DNA of 64,000 nucleotides from Candidatus Borrarchaeum weybense. GTDB lineage: Archaea > Asgardarchaeota > Sifarchaeia > Borrarchaeales > Borrarchaeaceae. The stretch is from NCBI GenBank assembly GCA_019057385.1, contig JAHQJS010000004.1, positions 448,001 to 512,000 on the forward strand, given 5' to 3'. Below, one piece after another: positions 59,944 to 64,000 of the stretch; position 1 is the first letter of the stretch, and every line of letters begins with the position of its first letter. The translations under genes were made by a program, and so were the position numbers. Under the pieces are notes generated by a model. That model searched no databases. It saw only the letters and a program-made list of their open reading frames with translations, and was not told where the DNA came from.

Positions 59944-60375
59944 TTATTTTGTAAGTCCAATTGTTGAGTTCAAATCTTTTATTTTCATAAATAAGTCAAG
60001 ATCAATCTTTGGTGTTTTTCTGGGTAAATGAGTTTCTAATTTCGTAATTTTTTTGAATTCATCAGCGATGCTAATCAATATTTCTTCTTTTTATAAATAA
60101 GACGAAACGTCTAGTTTTTTTTCTGCGCGGAAGAAGATGCGAACGTCGCTATAGACACGATCCTAACCATCCCCTTCTAAGGTTTCGTTCGTTGTTAGAC
60201 ACCATTTATTCCATGTATAATAGTTAAAAAATTCCGTTGGGAATACTTCAAGTAGTAACTCTAATTTGTATGGATCTTCGCTTTCGAATATTAAGATCGA
60301 TATATCAATTTCTTTGACATCCAGTTCAGGAAGTTCATTTTCGAGTTCTGTTAAGAGTTCGTCAGTTATTTTCAT
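59944..60375 (-). pseudogene. 144-codon frame with two internal stops
   Basis: Frame continues through TAG (60163-60165) and TAA (60091-60093) to TAA at 59944-59946. Confidence 0.45.
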
Positions 60376-60400
60376 AATTATGCTTCTCTTGAGTAGTTAA

Positions 60401-60704
60401 TCAAGAAAGCACTTCAGTTTCAGCGTGTGATGAATGGCAGGAGTGAGTGTTCACTTTCATCACGTGCATCGAGGGGTCTCCCTGTAGTTATATAGATGGT
60501 ATGACGAAGATAGTAACGGTTATTGGAGGGATAATACGTATACTTGTACGCAAGGTGCATACTTCAATGGCAGAACGATAGTTCAAAGTACCTACGGGGC
60601 GTAGGGATGTTAAGCCTGTGGAGATAAGACCTCCGTAACCCGCAAGGGGATCGAGTCTGTCGTAGAAGCAGGGAGCCTCAATGCGTTAGCACGAGGTAGC
60701 TCAC
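60401..60704 (+). mobile_element. Non-autonomous IS200/IS605 element (left end + TnpB omegaRNA right end, no ORF)
   Basis: Left end TCAAGAAAGCAC...GTGTGATGAAT; right end GTACCTACGGGGCGTAGGGA..GCCTGTGGAG..GAAGCAGGGAGCCTC..GAGGTAGCTCAC. Confidence 0.75.
60588..60704 (+). ncRNA. TnpB-type omegaRNA/reRNA scaffold (guide would follow from 60705)
   Basis: Conserved hairpin motifs of TnpB right ends. Confidence 0.6.
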
Positions 60705-60962
60705 TGCGTAACCTTTTCTATTCCTTTATTTTTTTATATTTTTAGATTTTTTATATGAATCTAGATCCCTAGCTTTTTGAAAATTTGATTGCAGAAATAA
60801 TAGGCACGCTAATTATCACTTTAGATTATCTATAACTCTAAATGGATCTTTATGTCTCAATTCTATAGTTCAAGTCCCCTCTATAAAGAATGATTAATGC
60901 GATAAAATAATAAGTAAGGCAAACAAAGATACAATTAGAATATTTGGGCGATCCTGTTTGAG

Positions 60963-61544
60963 TTGATCTCCCCGCTCCAGGAGGCTAATGCAGAGATGGG
61001 TTATATCGGTTTTCTTGGTTCAGCGATCTATGATTCTAAGGGGAAACCTTTTGGCACGATCGAAAGATTTGTTCAATTTATTGGTACTGTAATTCTAGAA
61101 GTCAAACTATCTGAGGAGATCAATGGATTAGATCAGATCCAAATCCCATTAGTAGAATGTATCATCAAAAATGATTCCATTTCCACGAAGAAATCAATTA
61201 AATCAATTTTAAACGCTGAAAAAAAGAAGAAAAAGGATGAACTAAAGGAAGAACAAGAACGTTTCAAAAAAATGCTAGAAAAAAGAAGGATGCTTTCAGA
61301 GCCCGAATCTGTAGCACCAGTTAATAATGATTCGTTAGTTTCAGAAGTTCCATCAGTTTTAAAAGAGAAAGAAGGACCTTCAACGCCTGCTGATTGGATT
61401 ATCTGCCCAAATTGCGATTCTGCTTTAAAAGAACTTTACCGGTTCTGCCCTTATTGTTCAGAGCCTCTTCCATATTGTCCAAATTGCGGAAAACCCGTTA
61501 AAGAAGATTTCAAAGCATGTCCACACTGTGGAAGCCGTCTTTAA
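60963..61544 (+). CDS. PRC-barrel-like N-terminus + coiled coil + double zinc ribbon
   Basis: 'GSAIYDSKGKPFGTI'; four CxxC motifs at the C-terminus. Confidence 0.65.
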   Translation: MISPLQEANAEMGYIGFLGSAIYDSKGKPFGTIERFVQFIGTVILEVKLSEEINGLDQIQIPLVECIIKNDSISTKKSIKSILNAEKKKKKDELKEEQERFKKMLEKRRMLSEPESVAPVNNDSLVSEVPSVLKEKEGPSTPADWIICPNCDSALKELYRFCPYCSEPLPYCPNCGKPVKEDFKACPHCGSRL

Positions 61545-61706
61545 CCACATTATTTCTTGGCTTCTAGACATCTAATTGCTATATAAAAATCTTTTAAAAT
61601 TTGGAAAATGTTATAATGTATTCTAACTAATTATTTAATGAGAGTATATATCCCGACTTGATCTATGTATGCTCAAAGAGTTCTTTTGTGTAAGCATTTC
61701 CGGATG

Positions 61707-61940
61707 GTCAAAAGCCCCACTTTTTTCAGCGGGGTTTGTGATGGTGGTAGCAATGCAAATTTTGTCTAGCCTCAGTTCTTGCCAATTTCTGGAAGAACTA
61801 CGCCTTGCAGGCTATAAGAATGTCGGGGATGCCTCCCTAGTCCCCTCCTCTTCGACAGAACCACTGAATGTTATGGCTCTCAATGAGACCCTAAACCTGC
61901 TTGGCATTGGCGAAGGGAAACTTGACTCTGACAGGGAGAC
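61707..61940 (+). ncRNA. IscB/IsrB omegaRNA (HEARO-like)
   Basis: GTCAA..CCCC..GGGG, CTAGCCTCAG, ACTACG, GGATGCCTCCCTAGTCC, CATTGGCGAAGGG. Confidence 0.8.
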
Positions 61941-61944
61941 CGCA

Positions 61945-62991
61945 ATCGGTAGAATTCCTGTCGTCAGCAAAAGCAATGTACCCTTAATGCCATGTCGACC
62001 AACAAAGGCGAGAAAACTGTTAGCGCAAGGAAAGGCCATCAAAAAACGCAACAAACTAGGTGTCTTCTACCTTCATCTACAATTTGACCCACAAATGCCC
62101 GTTATACAACCCTTAGCCGTAGGCGTGGATCCTGGTACGCAGTTTGAGGGCTTTTCGGTAGTTGGCAAACATGATACAGTAGTTAATATAATGTCTGAGT
62201 CAGTTACCTGGGTGAAACAAGCAATCGAAAAACGAAGAAATGCTAGGCGGGCGCGTAGAAACCGAAAAACACGAAGGCGAAAATGTAAAAAACATAGACG
62301 AACAAATCAATCTTTACTTCCGCCGTCAACCAAGGCACGCTGGGACGTAAAATTACGAATTATTCGCCAGTTATGCAAAATACTGCCTTTAAGATATGCG
62401 GTTGTAGAAGATATACGTGCTGTCACCAAGAAAAACCAGCAACGATGGAATAGAAATTTCAGTCCATTAGAGGTCGGAAAGAACTATTTTTATTCCGAAT
62501 TAAAAAATCTGGGGTTAATTGTAATACTTGCGCAAGGTAATGAAACCAAACGCTTACGAGAACTATTTGGATTGAAAAAGCGGAATGGTAAGTCAATACC
62601 GGTCTTTGAAACACATTGTATTGATGCTTGGGTGCTTGCAACGGCGATTACCGGAGCATTATTTCCGACTACAAAGAGTTTGTATTATATAGTACCTTTA
62701 CAGTTTCATAGGAGGCAGTTACACAGATTTAAATGCAGTAAAGGCGGTGTCAGACGACGATATGGTGGGACTATGTCGCTGGATCTGAAAAAAGGCACTT
62801 TAATACGTCACAAAAAACACGGTTTATGTTATATAGGCGGAAACCGGAATAACCGGTTAAGTTTACATTGTTATAAGACAGGTAAAAGAATCTCAAGAAG
62901 TGGTAAGAAAGAAGATTTCAAAATATTAACAAAGATACCATTTAGGACGCAATTCATTCCCCTGCCAAAGCAGGGAATACAATTGCGGTGA
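61945..62991 (+). CDS. isrB: IsrB (PLMP + split RuvC + bridge helix, no HNH); start uncertain, frame open from 61669
   Basis: PLMP, RuvC-I GVDPG, Arg-rich RRxRR helix, LPPS, RuvC-II VED, RuvC-III HCIDA, HRRQLH; ~350 aa; no HNH or CxxC. Confidence 0.85.
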   Translation: MGRIPVVSKSNVPLMPCRPTKARKLLAQGKAIKKRNKLGVFYLHLQFDPQMPVIQPLAVGVDPGTQFEGFSVVGKHDTVVNIMSESVTWVKQAIEKRRNARRARRNRKTRRRKCKKHRRTNQSLLPPSTKARWDVKLRIIRQLCKILPLRYAVVEDIRAVTKKNQQRWNRNFSPLEVGKNYFYSELKNLGLIVILAQGNETKRLRELFGLKKRNGKSIPVFETHCIDAWVLATAITGALFPTTKSLYYIVPLQFHRRQLHRFKCSKGGVRRRYGGTMSLDLKKGTLIRHKKHGLCYIGGNRNNRLSLHCYKTGKRISRSGKKEDFKILTKIPFRTQFIPLPKQGIQLR

Positions 62992-63081
62992 TCAATATGG
63001 AAAGATTAGTCTCCCCTGTTTTTTTTGGTGGTGTTAAAACACCATTTAATTGAAAGAATCAGTTTCGATTGAGGGTGAATA

Positions 63082-63678
63082 ATGACAGTAGAATTCAGAA
63101 AGGAAAAAACACTTGAAGTTGCCTTAAGGCAATGGATTAAAAAAATTAAAGCTCTGCGTGGAGCATATACTGATAATCAAGCCAAGTTGGCAGAATTTAT
63201 TAAAGGAGAACTTCCCAAACTCCTGGATGCAGCAGAAAGTATTCCCGCGGAGAATACTGTAAATCTTGAGACACTTAAAGGATTAAGGGACAAACATGCT
63301 AGCATTTTTGATGATTCACAAACTCTACTCGAAAGCATGTCAGAGCAGCTAAGAAACCTTATTCTGCTAGCTGAAGATATTAATGGTATGGAGTTCAAAT
63401 CAGATATCCCTACTTCTTTAAGAAATCAATTACTAGAAGAAGAAATTCTTTTAGAAAAATGTGATGGGGCCTTAATCGATTTATCAAAGACCCTTCCTCT
63501 ATATTTAAGTGATGCGCAAAACGATATCAAAGAAACTATCAAAAACAGCACCCTTCTTGCCTTCGCTAATTTTCAAGATGGAATACTTGAAACTGAAAAA
63601 ACTTTGGATTCACTCTTTAGTATTTTAAGGGAGAATCTGCAACTAGCCAAAGACTTAGAACGATCTAGAATATCTTAA
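63082..63678 (+). CDS. Hypothetical helical protein
   Basis: 198-aa ORF with a GAGGGTG SD. Confidence 0.6.
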   Translation: MTVEFRKEKTLEVALRQWIKKIKALRGAYTDNQAKLAEFIKGELPKLLDAAESIPAENTVNLETLKGLRDKHASIFDDSQTLLESMSEQLRNLILLAEDINGMEFKSDIPTSLRNQLLEEEILLEKCDGALIDLSKTLPLYLSDAQNDIKETIKNSTLLAFANFQDGILETEKTLDSLFSILRENLQLAKDLERSRIS

Positions 63679-63828
63679 AAATTATTATTGTCGGTATTTC
63701 TAAGTTTATCCATAGCGTAGATCTTTTTCTAAGGTGTGGCCTCTTTTCCCTTATTTTTATTCGTATGTTCTTTTTTAGAGGCAATTATCTTTTAAATAGA
63801 AATTCCAACTAATATTAGGAGATTTTCA

Positions 63829-64000
63829 ATGTCCACTCCGATGATAAAGCAATGGAAGAAGTTCAAGAAACAAAATCCAGACACAATCTTATTTTTTCAA
63901 GCTGGTGATTTCTATGAACTGTACTATGAAGATGCGACGCTAGGACATAAGGAGTTGAATATCACTCTCACAGCCAAAAAAACAAAAAATGAAAAAATCC
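63829..64000 (+). CDS. mutS: DNA mismatch repair protein MutS (5' fragment)
   Basis: MSTPMIKQW..FK..NPDTILFFQAGDFYELYYEDA. Confidence 0.85.
   Translation, partial: MSTPMIKQWKKFKKQNPDTILFFQAGDFYELYYEDATLGHKELNITLTAKKTKNEKI

Larger units (their letters stand above)
61707..62995 (+). mobile_element. Non-autonomous IS200/IS605 IsrB element
   Basis: omegaRNA + isrB + terminal hairpin CCCTGC-CAAA-GCAGGG (~62957-62978); no tnpA. Confidence 0.7.

Noticed and set aside
61669-62991. IscB or Cas9 call
   Set aside because: There is no HNH domain between RuvC-II and RuvC-III and no CRISPR array; the size fits IsrB.
1-64000. CRISPR arrays, tRNA or rRNA genes, prophage/integrase
   Set aside because: No regularly spaced repeats, cloverleafs or viral hallmark genes were seen by eye.

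Overview
This is a 64-kb, AT-rich, gene-dense archaeal chromosomal segment, most likely from an Asgard archaeon. That assignment is an inference from the MglA-type small GTPase, V4R domains, a mu-homology-like protein, the archaeal gamma-delta-alpha-beta PFOR operon, a TrmB-type protein, GGAGG/GAGGTG Shine-Dalgarno motifs and oligo-T terminators. Housekeeping content includes MFS and ABC transporters, cysK, iscS, Mrp/ApbC, three DUF362 Fe-S proteins, an M29 peptidase, dapA, leuA-like, a MoxR-vWA fusion, PFOR, cofD-like, corA, two MscS and the 5' end of mutS. The notable items are: (1) a tight operon of a STAND-like ATPase-TPR, a 768-aa all-helical protein and a TrmB protein split by about 1300 helical residues; (2) a cytoplasmic protein whose N-terminus resembles the adaptin mu/delta-COP homology domain; (3) four IS200/IS605 (OMEGA) loci, namely an apparently intact IsrB with its omegaRNA, two TnpB-less omegaRNA elements whose first 7 guide nucleotides recur upstream in cis behind TTAY, and a solo end hairpin; (4) tandem membrane proteins with 895 bp of identical 3' sequence and divergent ectodomains; (5) several genes that appear to start at ATT/ATA/ATC. 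I saw no rRNA, tRNA or CRISPR array. All family calls come from reading motifs by eye, not from database searches.
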